DNA from: Methanolinea sp. UBA275
GTDB lineage: Archaea > Halobacteriota > Methanomicrobia > Methanomicrobiales > Methanospirillaceae
Direction: 5' to 3'
Assembly: GCA_002506105.1 (NCBI GenBank)
Contig: DAWU01000015.1
Location: 11,087 to 75,086, forward strand
Length of the DNA stretch: 64,000 nt
Within the stretch, counting starts at the first letter, position 1. The number at the start of each line of letters is the position of its first letter. This document shows, one piece after another, positions 31,613-41,582 of the stretch. The notes beneath the pieces are model-generated. The model made no database searches. It worked only from the letters and a program-made list of their open reading frames with translations, and was not told the DNA's origin. A program made the position numbers and the translations under genes.

Positions 31613-32755
31613 ATGGCTGGATTTCGGGAGTTTTGCATCCTCATTACAATCGCCATGGTTTTTGTACTTCCTGTGTCCGCACTAGAACAACAGCAAACCG
31701 CAGGAGCCCAGGTCATGGTGACGAATGTGTCCATGGATCCCCAGGTATTCATGGTTGGCGACACTGGCACCATCGCAATTGAAGTGATTAACAACGGTGC
31801 GCAGAGCGTGGCAATCCGGAGGGCAACCATGTTTGATGAGGAGATAATGGTTGATTCCCGGCCATATGACACCACGACGTATCTCGGTGCAGGTAACAGG
31901 ATGTCATTCACATTCACTGTGACTGCACCGGTCGATGAGGGGATATATTACCCCACCTTCTCAATGGATTTCCGTGACTCGGGGTATCTCAGGTATCCCG
32001 TGAAACTGCAGGTCCAGGACAAACCCCTGAAAATTTCAGTAATCAAAAAACCAGACGTCTTTATGGACGGGAAAAAGGAGAATGTGGATATCCTTATCGG
32101 TAATCCGAGGGATAACGCAGTGAGCGGGGTTGTCGTCTATCCTTCCGGGGAGGGGATAGAGACCACTCCTTCGAGCATATTCATCGGGATGATAGCCCCG
32201 GATCAGTCCCAGAAGGTCTCTTTCTCAATCACCCCCGCCAAATCGACCGATCTTGAGATCCACGTCGACTACATGAATGGAATCAATTCGCATTCAGAGG
32301 TCATCCGGATCCCTGTTGATCTGGGAGACAGCAAGACCCGGGCCGAACTTATTCTCTCCAACATCCAGGTTGAACGCTCCGGTTCAGAATACACTCTTTC
32401 CGGAGACGTGACGAATGCCGGCCTCGAGGTGGCCAATGCAGTCGTGATTACGAGCGGAGACGAGGTGACCCCACTGGATCCCTACCGGAAATACGTAGTC
32501 GGGACCCTCCAGCCTGATGATTTTTCCGGCTTTGAGATCACTTTTTCCACCGAGGGGGTTGGAAATGTGCCGGTTGTGGTCAGTTACAAAGATAACGACG
32601 GGAAACTGTACACCACCACCACGAATATCAACATACCCTCAGTGAGGGCAGGTGAGCAGGAGACCGGGGATCTTCCGATCACCATGATTGCGATAATCCT
32701 CGCCTGTGCGGTGGTGATCGGGGGGATTGTCTGGTATTCCTGGAGAAAAAGATGA
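31613..32755 (+). CDS. Secreted S-layer-like (COG1361/CARDB-like) protein with C-terminal TM anchor
   Basis: Internal ATG 31613, 3 nt after the upstream stop. It has a signal peptide (ILITIAMVFVLPVSA), beta-rich repeats and a C-terminal anchor ITMIAIILACAVVIGGIVWYSWRKR. Confidence 0.6.
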   Translation: MAGFREFCILITIAMVFVLPVSALEQQQTAGAQVMVTNVSMDPQVFMVGDTGTIAIEVINNGAQSVAIRRATMFDEEIMVDSRPYDTTTYLGAGNRMSFTFTVTAPVDEGIYYPTFSMDFRDSGYLRYPVKLQVQDKPLKISVIKKPDVFMDGKKENVDILIGNPRDNAVSGVVVYPSGEGIETTPSSIFIGMIAPDQSQKVSFSITPAKSTDLEIHVDYMNGINSHSEVIRIPVDLGDSKTRAELILSNIQVERSGSEYTLSGDVTNAGLEVANAVVITSGDEVTPLDPYRKYVVGTLQPDDFSGFEITFSTEGVGNVPVVVSYKDNDGKLYTTTTNINIPSVRAGEQETGDLPITMIAIILACAVVIGGIVWYSWRKR

Positions 32756-33441
32756 GTACCTCTCCCGGTGAAGAGGCGATCATTCGGTTCCGGGATGTTA
32801 CCAAGATCTATCCTCTCCCTGGAGGGGATGTTGTGGCCCTGGACAATGTCAGTCTCAGTATTCTTCCCGGAGATTTTATCGCGATTATGGGGCCATCGGG
32901 ATCGGGTAAATCGACGCTCCTGAACCTCATGGGATGTCTCGACACTCCCACGAGCGGGACGCTCTTTATCAAGGGGAGGGACGTGGGCAGCATGACTGAC
33001 GAAGAGCAGACGAGTCTCAGGAGGGATCATATCGGGTTCATATTCCAGCAGTTCAACCTTATCCCTCTCCTTACGGCGCTGGAGAACGTGCAGTACCCGC
33101 TCATCCTGAAAACAGGGGATCGCACCTGCACGGAACGGTGCATCGAGGTCCTGAAATCCATGGACCTTCAGGATCACCTTTTCTCCCACAAGCCGAGCGA
33201 GCTCTCGGGTGGCCAGCAACAGAGAGTCGCAATCGCCCGCTCGCTCGTGAACGATCCCGAGATACTCCTTGCAGACGAGCCGACCGGGAACCTTGATACG
33301 AAGACCGGATCATCGATCATGGATCTCCTGAAAGACCTGAATGAGCGGAAAGGAAAGACCATCATCATGGTCACCCATGATCCCGGGGTGGCAAAGTTTG
33401 CTCACCGGACCATCCGGATCGTGGACGGAAAGATCTCATGA
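32752..33441 (+). CDS. ABC transporter ATP-binding protein (MacB/LolD type)
   Basis: Walker A GPSGSGKST, signature LSGGQQQRVAIAR and Walker B LLADEPT. Its start overlaps the upstream stop. Confidence 0.95.
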   Translation: MSTSPGEEAIIRFRDVTKIYPLPGGDVVALDNVSLSILPGDFIAIMGPSGSGKSTLLNLMGCLDTPTSGTLFIKGRDVGSMTDEEQTSLRRDHIGFIFQQFNLIPLLTALENVQYPLILKTGDRTCTERCIEVLKSMDLQDHLFSHKPSELSGGQQQRVAIARSLVNDPEILLADEPTGNLDTKTGSSIMDLLKDLNERKGKTIIMVTHDPGVAKFAHRTIRIVDGKIS

Positions 33442-33537
33442 CTCCTTTTCGGCATGCAAGGAAAAATGTGGGAGTCCATGAGGCTGACCGGATCAGTGCC
33501 AGACAGGTGAGAGACATTTCTTCAGCGGTGATACAAC

Positions 33538-34707
33538 GTGCAGAAATCTCTGTTTTTTGATTTTGCAATAAGGAATGTAAGGCTTCACTGGTTCCGATCC
33601 CTTCTCGCAGTGATAGGGATTATCATCGGTGTAGTAGCCATCGTCTCCATGGGCATCCTGGGAAACAGCCTTGTGCTGGCCATTTCCGACAGCCTATCGA
33701 CCGTGGGTGACAGCGTTATCATTACCCCTCATGCTGGTGGAATGGGGGGTATGGGGATTGGAGGAAGTGATGATCTTCTCACCGAAAGGATGATCGAACA
33801 GATACGACGTGCGGTTGCCCCGGATGTTACTATCCCAATATATTCGGGAAGTGCCAGGATGACGATAGGGACCGAGGATACGGTAGGGGTGGTGTATGGG
33901 CTCGACCCGGATGACATCCCGATCCTGCTGGAAGTCGAGGAGGGCGCATTACTGAAGGGAGAATCAGGGGCAATGGCAGGCGCGAAATTCGCGGAAGACA
34001 ACGAACTGAAGGTTGGTTCCCGTATTACCCTCAAGGACAAGGGCTCCCTCCGCGTTGTCGGCATTCTCAAGGAGAGGGGGATGGGATTTGATATCAACCC
34101 TGATTACGGGATTGTGGTCGATGGAAACTGGTATCAGAAGGCGTATAATCAGCAGGACTACGATATGGCAATCGTAAAGGTCAAGGATCTCTCCAGAATC
34201 GAACAGACCAAGGACGCTATCGAGAAGCAGCTGAACCGCCGGGAGACCGAAGTTGATGTCATTGATACAAAGGCAATCCTCGAAACAATTCTCACCGCGT
34301 TTGGCCAGATCTCCACGTTCACGACGGCGATAGGGGGAATCTCGCTGATTGTGGCTGGCGTGAGCATCCTGAACATCATGATGATGTCAGTGACCGAGCG
34401 TATCAAGGAGATAGGGGTATTACGAAGTATCGGGACCCAGCGAAAGGAGGTGAGGAGTATATTCCTCTATGAAGCCCTGGTTCTTGGTGTGATCGGGAGT
34501 GTCATAGGTGGGGTCCTCAGCATTTTCGGGGGGTATGCCATCAGTATTCTCATGCTCCAGACTACGGAATACCTGTTTGTGCCATCCAGCCTCGTGTACG
34601 TCTTCTACGGAATTGCGTTTGGCATAGGCACAAGCCTCCTGTCGGGATTATACCCCGCATGGAAGGCGTCGAACCTGAATCCCATTGAAGCACTGAGGCA
34701 CGAATAA
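33538..34707 (+). CDS. ABC transporter permease, FtsX/MacB family
   Basis: 389-aa ORF with a GTG start. It has an N-terminal TM, a large extracytoplasmic domain and a C-terminal FtsX 3-TM bundle (ERIKEIGVLRSIG). Confidence 0.9.
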   Translation: MQKSLFFDFAIRNVRLHWFRSLLAVIGIIIGVVAIVSMGILGNSLVLAISDSLSTVGDSVIITPHAGGMGGMGIGGSDDLLTERMIEQIRRAVAPDVTIPIYSGSARMTIGTEDTVGVVYGLDPDDIPILLEVEEGALLKGESGAMAGAKFAEDNELKVGSRITLKDKGSLRVVGILKERGMGFDINPDYGIVVDGNWYQKAYNQQDYDMAIVKVKDLSRIEQTKDAIEKQLNRRETEVDVIDTKAILETILTAFGQISTFTTAIGGISLIVAGVSILNIMMMSVTERIKEIGVLRSIGTQRKEVRSIFLYEALVLGVIGSVIGGVLSIFGGYAISILMLQTTEYLFVPSSLVYVFYGIAFGIGTSLLSGLYPAWKASNLNPIEALRHE

Positions 34708-34722
34708 ACGGGGTAGTATTGG

Positions 34723-35589
34723 ATGCAAGAGAGAAAACCGGCGGACGAAGGTATGGATAGTATCACCCCAGGTGACTGGAACGGTGTCTGGGGAACCCGC
34801 TTCCGGCTGCACCTGGCATCGGCGAATTTTCCCGACAACATCCAGCGCTTCGGTGACAGGGAGACTGCCAGACGATATGACACTTCAAACAGGGAAAAAT
34901 TTGCACAAAGGATCGAGGACACTCTCGCTGACCTGAATCCGGGACCGGAAAGCAGGATCCTCGACATCGGGGCCGGTCCTGGAACCCTTGCGATTCCGCT
35001 CTCCAAAAGGGCACGGGAAATATGTGCAGTGGAACCAGCTCAGGGAATGGTGGCGGTCCTCAGGGAAAGGCTGGACAAAGAGAAGATATCAAACATCCGG
35101 GTTATCCCAATTCCATGGGAGGATGTGGATGCACAGGATCTCGATCCGCCATATGATTGTGTCCTGGCAGCCCTCTCGCTTGGGATGGAAGATTTGAGAG
35201 CTGCAGTCAAAAAGATGCAGGAGGTTGCTTGCGGGACCGTAAATCTCTACTGGTTTGCGGATACTCCTTTCTGGGAACGGATGTGCATTGATCTGTGGCC
35301 CGAACTCCATGGAAGTCCCTATTACCCCCAGCCGCTTTTAGACACCCTCTACCAGGTGCTCTATCACATGGGAATTCTTGCCAATGTTCAGATACGAACT
35401 CTCGAGAACTGGTATACATTTTCATCAGAGAAGGAGATGTGTGATCATTTCTGCCCTGCGGTCGGGGCCTCCTCACACCGCCAGCAGGACCTTGTGGCAC
35501 ACTACCTGCTGCGCCAAGCAAGAGCCAGTCAGGATGTTTTTTTCATCCCTGCAGCATCCCGGTATGCAAGGGTGTGGTGGAGAGTATGA
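34723..35589 (+). CDS. Class I SAM-dependent methyltransferase
   Basis: 288-aa ORF with motif I ILDIGAGPGTLA followed by the acidic AVEP. Confidence 0.75.
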   Translation: MQERKPADEGMDSITPGDWNGVWGTRFRLHLASANFPDNIQRFGDRETARRYDTSNREKFAQRIEDTLADLNPGPESRILDIGAGPGTLAIPLSKRAREICAVEPAQGMVAVLRERLDKEKISNIRVIPIPWEDVDAQDLDPPYDCVLAALSLGMEDLRAAVKKMQEVACGTVNLYWFADTPFWERMCIDLWPELHGSPYYPQPLLDTLYQVLYHMGILANVQIRTLENWYTFSSEKEMCDHFCPAVGASSHRQQDLVAHYLLRQARASQDVFFIPAASRYARVWWRV

Positions 35590-35612
35590 CTTCCACTCCC
35601 CGGTAGGATCAG

Positions 35613-37064
35613 TCACCAACCAAGGTAGAGCGACCTTGAGCGGGTATACGATACAAGCCCCTCCCTTCCGTTTTCCCTGCCTATACCTGATACCTTCAGC
35701 CCGCCGAAAGGAATTTCCGGAGGAAGCGTAAGGTGCCTGTTGACCCAGACGACTCCGGATCGGACACGGTTGAAGACCTCTCTTGCCACAGAAATGTCTT
35801 TGGTCCACACTGATGCACCAAGGCCGAAGCGCGTGCTGTTGGCGTGGCAGATAGCCGTATCCAGGTCAGGAATGCACATGACGGGGAGGACCGGTCCGAA
35901 TACTTCCTTTGAGAGGAGGGGAGACTCAGGGTGTACATCGGTCACAACAGTAGGGGCATAGAAAAACCCCCCATCATAGTTGGGTCCGGAAAGAGGCATC
36001 CCGCCGGTTAACAGGATTCCTTGTCCCCGGTTCTGAAGATCCTCTACAAGTTTCCGTATCCTCTCTCTTTGGGAAGCACCACTGAGTGGACCCATATCGA
36101 CATCCGGTGAAAGGCCGTTTCCGACATTCAGGCTCTCCACTTTCGCCTTGAGCCGGTACACGAACTCTTGACATATGGACCGGTGGATAAAAAGACGTTT
36201 TACCGCGGTGCACGTCTGCCCGGCATTGTAAAAACGTCCCCGGACGGCACCTGCGACAGCTTTGTCGATATCTGCGTCTTTCCAGACGATCATGGGGTCG
36301 GATCCCCCGAGTTCAAGGGTGACGGACTTGAATGATCCGGCTGCCAGTTCCTGCACCCTCAATCCGGTTTCGACGTCCCCAGTGAATGAAACCTTCTTCA
36401 CACCGGGATGGCGGACCAGTGCCTCACCGACAACCTCTCCCTTTCCGGTGACGACATTGAGTATCCCGGGAGGAAGACCAGCGTCCTCCATGATCCTGAC
36501 CAGTGTGAGGCCAGTGAGAGGCGTCTGTGATGCGGGCTTGAATACCATGGTGTTGCCAGTGACAAGTGCGGGTGCAACTTTCCACCCCATCAGGAGCGCG
36601 GGCATGTTCCAGGGAATAATCGCACCGCAGACTCCCAGCGGTTCATGCACGACCACGGCATCTCCTGAAGGACCCAGAGGGAGGTAGTCACCGGTCAGGC
36701 TGCTGGACAGGCCCGCGTAATACTCAAGGACATTTGCAAATCCCCTGACTTCGTCAACTGCATCCCTGAGAGGCTTGCCCTGTTCCATAGTAAGGAGACG
36801 CGCAAGATCGGTATGGCATTCACGGACATGGGTGGCACACCGGAAGAGGATAGCCCCTCTCTCTCTTGCACTGCGTGCTGCCCAGCGTGAAAAAGCGGAT
36901 TCTGCAGCATTCACCGCATCGTCCACTTCGTACATGGTTCCTTCAGGGACGCGGTCAATCTCCTTTCCGGTTGCCGGGTTGATCACCGGCAACCAGCGTT
37001 CGTCGGATCCTGCAACCTCTTCCCCGCCAATCCGCATCTTCATGAACCAAGAATTATGGTCCAT
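35613..37064 (-). CDS. NAD(P)-dependent aldehyde dehydrogenase
   Basis: 483-aa ORF with FTGDVETG, LELGGSDP (catalytic Glu) and FYNAGQTCTA (catalytic Cys). Confidence 0.95.
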   Translation of the reverse strand: MDHNSWFMKMRIGGEEVAGSDERWLPVINPATGKEIDRVPEGTMYEVDDAVNAAESAFSRWAARSARERGAILFRCATHVRECHTDLARLLTMEQGKPLRDAVDEVRGFANVLEYYAGLSSSLTGDYLPLGPSGDAVVVHEPLGVCGAIIPWNMPALLMGWKVAPALVTGNTMVFKPASQTPLTGLTLVRIMEDAGLPPGILNVVTGKGEVVGEALVRHPGVKKVSFTGDVETGLRVQELAAGSFKSVTLELGGSDPMIVWKDADIDKAVAGAVRGRFYNAGQTCTAVKRLFIHRSICQEFVYRLKAKVESLNVGNGLSPDVDMGPLSGASQRERIRKLVEDLQNRGQGILLTGGMPLSGPNYDGGFFYAPTVVTDVHPESPLLSKEVFGPVLPVMCIPDLDTAICHANSTRFGLGASVWTKDISVAREVFNRVRSGVVWVNRHLTLPPEIPFGGLKVSGIGRENGREGLVSYTRSRSLYLGW

Positions 37065-37389
37065 ACATATTATGGTATACCCCGTATGTCAGGCTGGAAG
37101 AGTGGAGTTCCTGGTATGATGGTGGGAATCTGACGACAGTTTCTGAAACATAATAATAATCCGATTGTTTTTCCAAAAAAAACAGGAATGCTCTTAGCCT
37201 GCCCGGATGTGGCATGTTCAAGAGACTATTGGTGTTGTGTCCCCGTTCTTTTGCGGGAGGCAATCCTCATCCCTGGAAGGAAATCCGTGGGCAATGGATC
37301 AAAATGCCCTGTCGGAACAGGCGGGATTGCGGGGGTAAGAGAACATTCCAAAATGCACAGCGCGCGTGGGGAACTGAATCTGGATCACC

Positions 37390-37752
37390 TTACTCCCCGA
37401 GTTTATCAATGAGTTTTTCGGCCATTGATCTCACAGGTGAATAGGGATCATCCAGGAGTGGGAGAAGGATGGTCTTCGCCCCTGCTTTCTTGATGTCGCT
37501 GGCATACCCTGATTCGGCAAGGCGGGATAGCGCGTGGATGGCGTGAATGCGAATCTTCTCATCACGATCCCGTGCGGAATTGAGGAGGACGGGGATTCCT
37601 CCCTGGGAAACAAGCGCCTGCGCAGCAGTATCGGTGGTGAAGAGGAGCACGACAAGACGGTCGAGAAGACGACGCCTGGAAATCCTGTCATCGCCGACAA
37701 TGGCCCGCTCAAGGCCACATACGATCTCCTTCTCCTCTTCCTTCCCGGCCAT
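37390..37752 (-). CDS. HEAT/armadillo-repeat protein
   Basis: 120-aa ORF with repeated helix pairs containing D..(I/V)R..A...L (DEKIRIHAIHALSRL and SPVRSMAEKLIDKL). Confidence 0.55.
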   Translation of the reverse strand: MAGKEEEKEIVCGLERAIVGDDRISRRRLLDRLVVLLFTTDTAAQALVSQGGIPVLLNSARDRDEKIRIHAIHALSRLAESGYASDIKKAGAKTILLPLLDDPYSPVRSMAEKLIDKLGE

Positions 37753-37833
37753 CTCCCTCTCATTTGCCCGCCAGTACCGATAATGCTTGCTTTATGAACC
37801 CGTACCTGAGAGTGATGATGTGACGGGATCTGT

Positions 37834-38331
37834 ATGAAAATAGGCATTATCGGTGACACGCATGATAATCTCCCCCTTATCTCCCGTGTTGTGGATATAC
37901 TGTCGCGGGAACACGTCGATCTGGTCCTTCACACAGGCGATTATATCGCGCCATTTGTGATTCCCCTTCTTGGAAAGATACCCGCCCGCATAGTGGGAGT
38001 ATTCGGTAACAACGACGGTGATCGCGAACTGCTGCTGACCCGTTCACTGGAACAGTCGAATATCAACCTTGCAGGGTATTTTACAGAACTGATACTGGAC
38101 GGCGAGAAGATTGCACTCCTCCATGGCCATGACCGATCTCTCCTTGCTCACTGCCTTGAATGTGGAGAGTACGACATTGTGGTGCACGGGCATACCCACA
38201 AACCCTCAATTCAACTGCTGGAGAGCACGATCGATATTAATCCCGGAGAGGTATGCGGGTATCTTACCGGCAATCCGACGTATGCTATGTACCATACAAA
38301 AAAGAAAGATGCCCGGATAGTATCCCTATGA
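37834..38331 (+). CDS. YfcE/MJ0936-family metallophosphoesterase
   Basis: 165-aa ORF with GDTHD, HTGD, GNND, HGH and GHTH motifs in canonical order. Confidence 0.9.
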   Translation: MKIGIIGDTHDNLPLISRVVDILSREHVDLVLHTGDYIAPFVIPLLGKIPARIVGVFGNNDGDRELLLTRSLEQSNINLAGYFTELILDGEKIALLHGHDRSLLAHCLECGEYDIVVHGHTHKPSIQLLESTIDINPGEVCGYLTGNPTYAMYHTKKKDARIVSL

Positions 38332-38403
38332 ATGTTGAGTGCATCGGGTGCGATGCTCCGGAGGATAGTGTTTCGGACTCTCCGTAAGAGGCTATACCTG
38401 TAA

Positions 38404-39726
38404 TTATCCTGTGAGCATGGAGAGGTGTTCATCCATGCGGGAGAGGATTCTCTCCACGAGTATGGGGGAAACTGAATCAGCGCAGAACCCTGATGCAAGG
38501 GTAAGATTGTCCCCGTATGTGCTGGCCGTCACACCAAATCCGGGCGGATAATCCACAGGAGGAGCCATGAATGCATATACTGTTGGAGTTGTGCCGAAGT
38601 CAACGCTGTCGTATGCAATAATACCGGTATTGCTGAAGAACGGATTTTTGGGATAACGCTCCTGGTGCGTCCTGCGCTCTACGTCCCGGAGGCGTTCGCG
38701 AACCGAATAGAAACCAGAGGAGAAATCATCCTGCAACCTCATGGCAGCACCAAGTCCGGCAAATAACCTCTTCTTCTCCAACATCGTGTGGTGCACATCC
38801 CCGACCAGTGATGGAAATTCAACAAAGGATTGTGCCAGGATAGGTACTTCGAACGCAACTGAAAGATTTGCGAGCGGGGGAGCGTGATGATCAGGGAGGG
38901 ATCGACGAAGATCGACTGAAGTAAGAACGGGGTATTGTTGTCCGGGGGAGTGGGGGATTTCCGGGCAGAGTGCAGCGAAAAATGCAGAGAGGAGGAGATC
39001 GTTGATGGTCACGTTATGGGTATGAGAATATTTTTTTAAATTCAGGAACTGGGGCTTTTCCATGACCCTGGTCCGGTAGGCAGGACTGGTGCATACGCCG
39101 GGAGTTGAGGGTATGCCCCAGACGGCACTCTGCTCTCCGCACGCGTCGCTGGCCGCAGAAAGGATCTCGGGTGAAAAGGATGCGAGGAAGGGATAAAAGG
39201 AGCGATCTCCCTGAAGGTGTCGTGGGAGCCTGAATCCGGGATCCTTCTCAAGGCCACGATATGCCTGGCAAAGAAGACCGGACACGTGTTTCACCCCGAA
39301 TGCGTCACTTACAGCATGATTCACGGAGAGGACAAGGGAGTCATTACCTCCACGTATGAGGGCAAGTCGTGCCTGTGGTCCTTTGGCAGGGTCGATCCGG
39401 GTGGTCATCGTCCGGTGAAGTGAGTATTCTGCATCATCAACAGGTAAAAAAGTGAATATCGAATCACGGGAAAGACCCGGGATACTCTCCCAGTATGGAT
39501 CTGAAGACTCTATGAACCGGCTTGCGAGAAGTGGTTGCGCCTCCAGCACGAGTGTAAAAGCCCTGTATACCCGCTCCGAGTCCAGCCTCCCTCCGAATTT
39601 TATGACAAGGTGAACCATCTGACTCCAGATTGTGGAGAGGAGATAGTCCCACTGGTCATTGACCGGAGCCGGAAATTTGAGAGTTGAGGTGTCGGGCATG
39701 GTGTCTCGCATCCAGTGTACGCACAT
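38404..39726 (-). CDS. Stand-alone condensation-domain-like (HxxxD acyltransferase superfamily) protein
   Basis: 440-aa ORF. LVLSVNHAVSDAFG (H137-x3-D141) sits at the position expected for the C-domain HHxxxDG motif. The upstream block RVYRAFTLVLEAQPLLASRF is also C-domain-like. No A or T domains are nearby. Confidence 0.55.
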   Translation of the reverse strand: MCVHWMRDTMPDTSTLKFPAPVNDQWDYLLSTIWSQMVHLVIKFGGRLDSERVYRAFTLVLEAQPLLASRFIESSDPYWESIPGLSRDSIFTFLPVDDAEYSLHRTMTTRIDPAKGPQARLALIRGGNDSLVLSVNHAVSDAFGVKHVSGLLCQAYRGLEKDPGFRLPRHLQGDRSFYPFLASFSPEILSAASDACGEQSAVWGIPSTPGVCTSPAYRTRVMEKPQFLNLKKYSHTHNVTINDLLLSAFFAALCPEIPHSPGQQYPVLTSVDLRRSLPDHHAPPLANLSVAFEVPILAQSFVEFPSLVGDVHHTMLEKKRLFAGLGAAMRLQDDFSSGFYSVRERLRDVERRTHQERYPKNPFFSNTGIIAYDSVDFGTTPTVYAFMAPPVDYPPGFGVTASTYGDNLTLASGFCADSVSPILVERILSRMDEHLSMLTG

Positions 39727-39817
39727 GTAATGAAGGGATGAGATATGTGCTTTGAAGAAAGAGAATAGTATCGCAATTGATATCAGGAGAATGCAGCAGG
39801 AGTGAGGGGGATGAGGT

Positions 39818-41575
39818 ATGACTGAGATGGAAAATCAGGTGTGGCAACCCCTTCCCGGGGTTGAGAACGTTCAGATTTTTTCGTTTTTACGGAAGATCGA
39901 TATCATCTCCTCCAACTCTTACCTGGTGGCTGCACCCGACCTTCTTATGGTAGTGGATCCTGGAGGTCTTCCCGAGCAGGCAGACATCCTGGCAGGAGAG
40001 ATATCACGGCTCCTTGCAGAGAAACCCCGGCCGGTGCTCGTCTGCCTGACCCATGTTCACCTTGACCACTGCGCCCAGCTCATGCGTCATCCGGCCTTCA
40101 GGACACTGCCGCACCGCATCATCGCGGTCCAGGAACACGGAGCCCGTGCCCTTGAGACAGGCGACCGCGCAGCCACGATCGCGGATCTCATCCAGCAGGA
40201 CCTTATTGTGACGGGTATTGATATCCACCTCCTGCCTGGTGCGAATGAAGCGATGAGGGTTGGGGAAGAGTATCACGCAGAGGGCATCGTATGCAGCTCT
40301 TTCATTGATTCCGTTCCGCTGGAGGGTGGGAAAACTCTCCGTAGGCAGTGTATCCCTCTCGCTGGGGAGAGCGTACTTGAATTTTTTCACACACCGGGAC
40401 ACAGCCCTGACAGCGTCTGCATCCGCATCGGCGAGGTGCTTTTTATTGGGGACCTCGTCTTCGCCACTGCGCCCGGTGTGGCAGGCCTGAAAGGGTGGGA
40501 TCTTGAGGCGCTCCTGACCAGTCTGGACAATATAACCTCTCTTCTTTCTCACGGGGGAATCTCAGTCTGCCTTCCAGGCCACGGGCGTCCTTTGGATACC
40601 CCGATGATGCTGCGCACTCTCGCCGCCATGAAGAAAGAGGCCGCAAGACTCGAGGGGATCGAGTCCATCAATCCGGAATGGATTAAGGAGACTGCTGCGT
40701 ATGCGGGGGACTTAATGGACGAAGTAGACCGTCTCTTTACCATTATCGCAGGACGGCTGGTATACGTTGCCCATGTTCTGGATGAACTGGAGGAGTCTGG
40801 TGAAGCTGACAGACTCCGCGGTATGATTGACAGCAATCTTGTCGATGAGCTCCTCTCCGATTTCAACCGGTTCTCACTCGAATATCATTCAGGCCAGGTG
40901 CTGGGAATCCACCTGGCACTGAAGGCGAACCAGATATCCCAGAAACTCGAGCGGATATACAGCGGTGAAGTGATTGGGTCCGTACTCGACCTCTCCCTGG
41001 TCAGGAGGGTGGAGAGACTTCTTCTTGATTATACCATCACATTCAGAGGCTTTCGACCCCATGTTGACCTTGAAGCAACCGACATCTCAATTGCTGCAGG
41101 AGAGGTCGCAAGCGCTCTGTCATGCCCCCACTACCGGGACGAGACCATCATTGATGCCGAGAGCGAGGAAGAATTTGCCAGAGCCTTAGCACTCCGCATT
41201 GCCTATGTGAATCCCTTTGAGAATGTGGAAATCGTGTACAATTCCGGGAAAGATCTCCCGCTCGCGCTCATGGACAGGGGGAGGTTCTCGGACCTTCTCC
41301 AGTACATTTTTGAGAAGATATCTGCTGCAGGTGCAACCCGGTTCACCCTTACAACAGGGAGACGGGGGGGGAATGTCCAGATCATATTCCATTGCGCGGT
41401 TTCACCTTCCGCGTTCAACGAGAAGGTGCGGCAGTTTCTGGTGAAGAGCAGCAGTCTTTCAGGTGGGATATGCACCCTCTCACCTGAAGGGGATGGGTTG
41501 AGCCTTATGCTTCAATATCCTGCAGTGAACCCAGAGCCTCAATATTTGGAGAAACCAAATCAAACAGGAAGATGA
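39818..41575 (+). CDS. MBL-fold hydrolase fused to a helical linker and a degenerate histidine-kinase-like (GHKL) C-terminal domain
   Basis: 585-aa ORF with a full MBL ligand set (THVHLDH aa 78-84, HTPGHSPDS, GDLVF, LPGHG). The C-terminus (MDRGRFSDLLQYIFEKISAAG ... GGICTLSPEGDGLSLMLQYP) follows HATPase_c block order but lacks the N-box Asn and the G1/G2 boxes. Confidence 0.65.
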   Translation: MTEMENQVWQPLPGVENVQIFSFLRKIDIISSNSYLVAAPDLLMVVDPGGLPEQADILAGEISRLLAEKPRPVLVCLTHVHLDHCAQLMRHPAFRTLPHRIIAVQEHGARALETGDRAATIADLIQQDLIVTGIDIHLLPGANEAMRVGEEYHAEGIVCSSFIDSVPLEGGKTLRRQCIPLAGESVLEFFHTPGHSPDSVCIRIGEVLFIGDLVFATAPGVAGLKGWDLEALLTSLDNITSLLSHGGISVCLPGHGRPLDTPMMLRTLAAMKKEAARLEGIESINPEWIKETAAYAGDLMDEVDRLFTIIAGRLVYVAHVLDELEESGEADRLRGMIDSNLVDELLSDFNRFSLEYHSGQVLGIHLALKANQISQKLERIYSGEVIGSVLDLSLVRRVERLLLDYTITFRGFRPHVDLEATDISIAAGEVASALSCPHYRDETIIDAESEEEFARALALRIAYVNPFENVEIVYNSGKDLPLALMDRGRFSDLLQYIFEKISAAGATRFTLTTGRRGGNVQIIFHCAVSPSAFNEKVRQFLVKSSSLSGGICTLSPEGDGLSLMLQYPAVNPEPQYLEKPNQTGR

Positions 41576-41582
41576 TACAATC

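Noticed and set aside
37065-37389. 325-bp intergenic region screened for a tRNA or ncRNA, along with two ~75-aa ORFs (37188..37412 and 37214..37444)
   Set aside because: No T-loop (GGTTCGAAT-like) or acceptor-stem pairing is visible, and no strong extended helices. The ORFs overlap each other and have odd composition. I cannot exclude a small RNA by eye.
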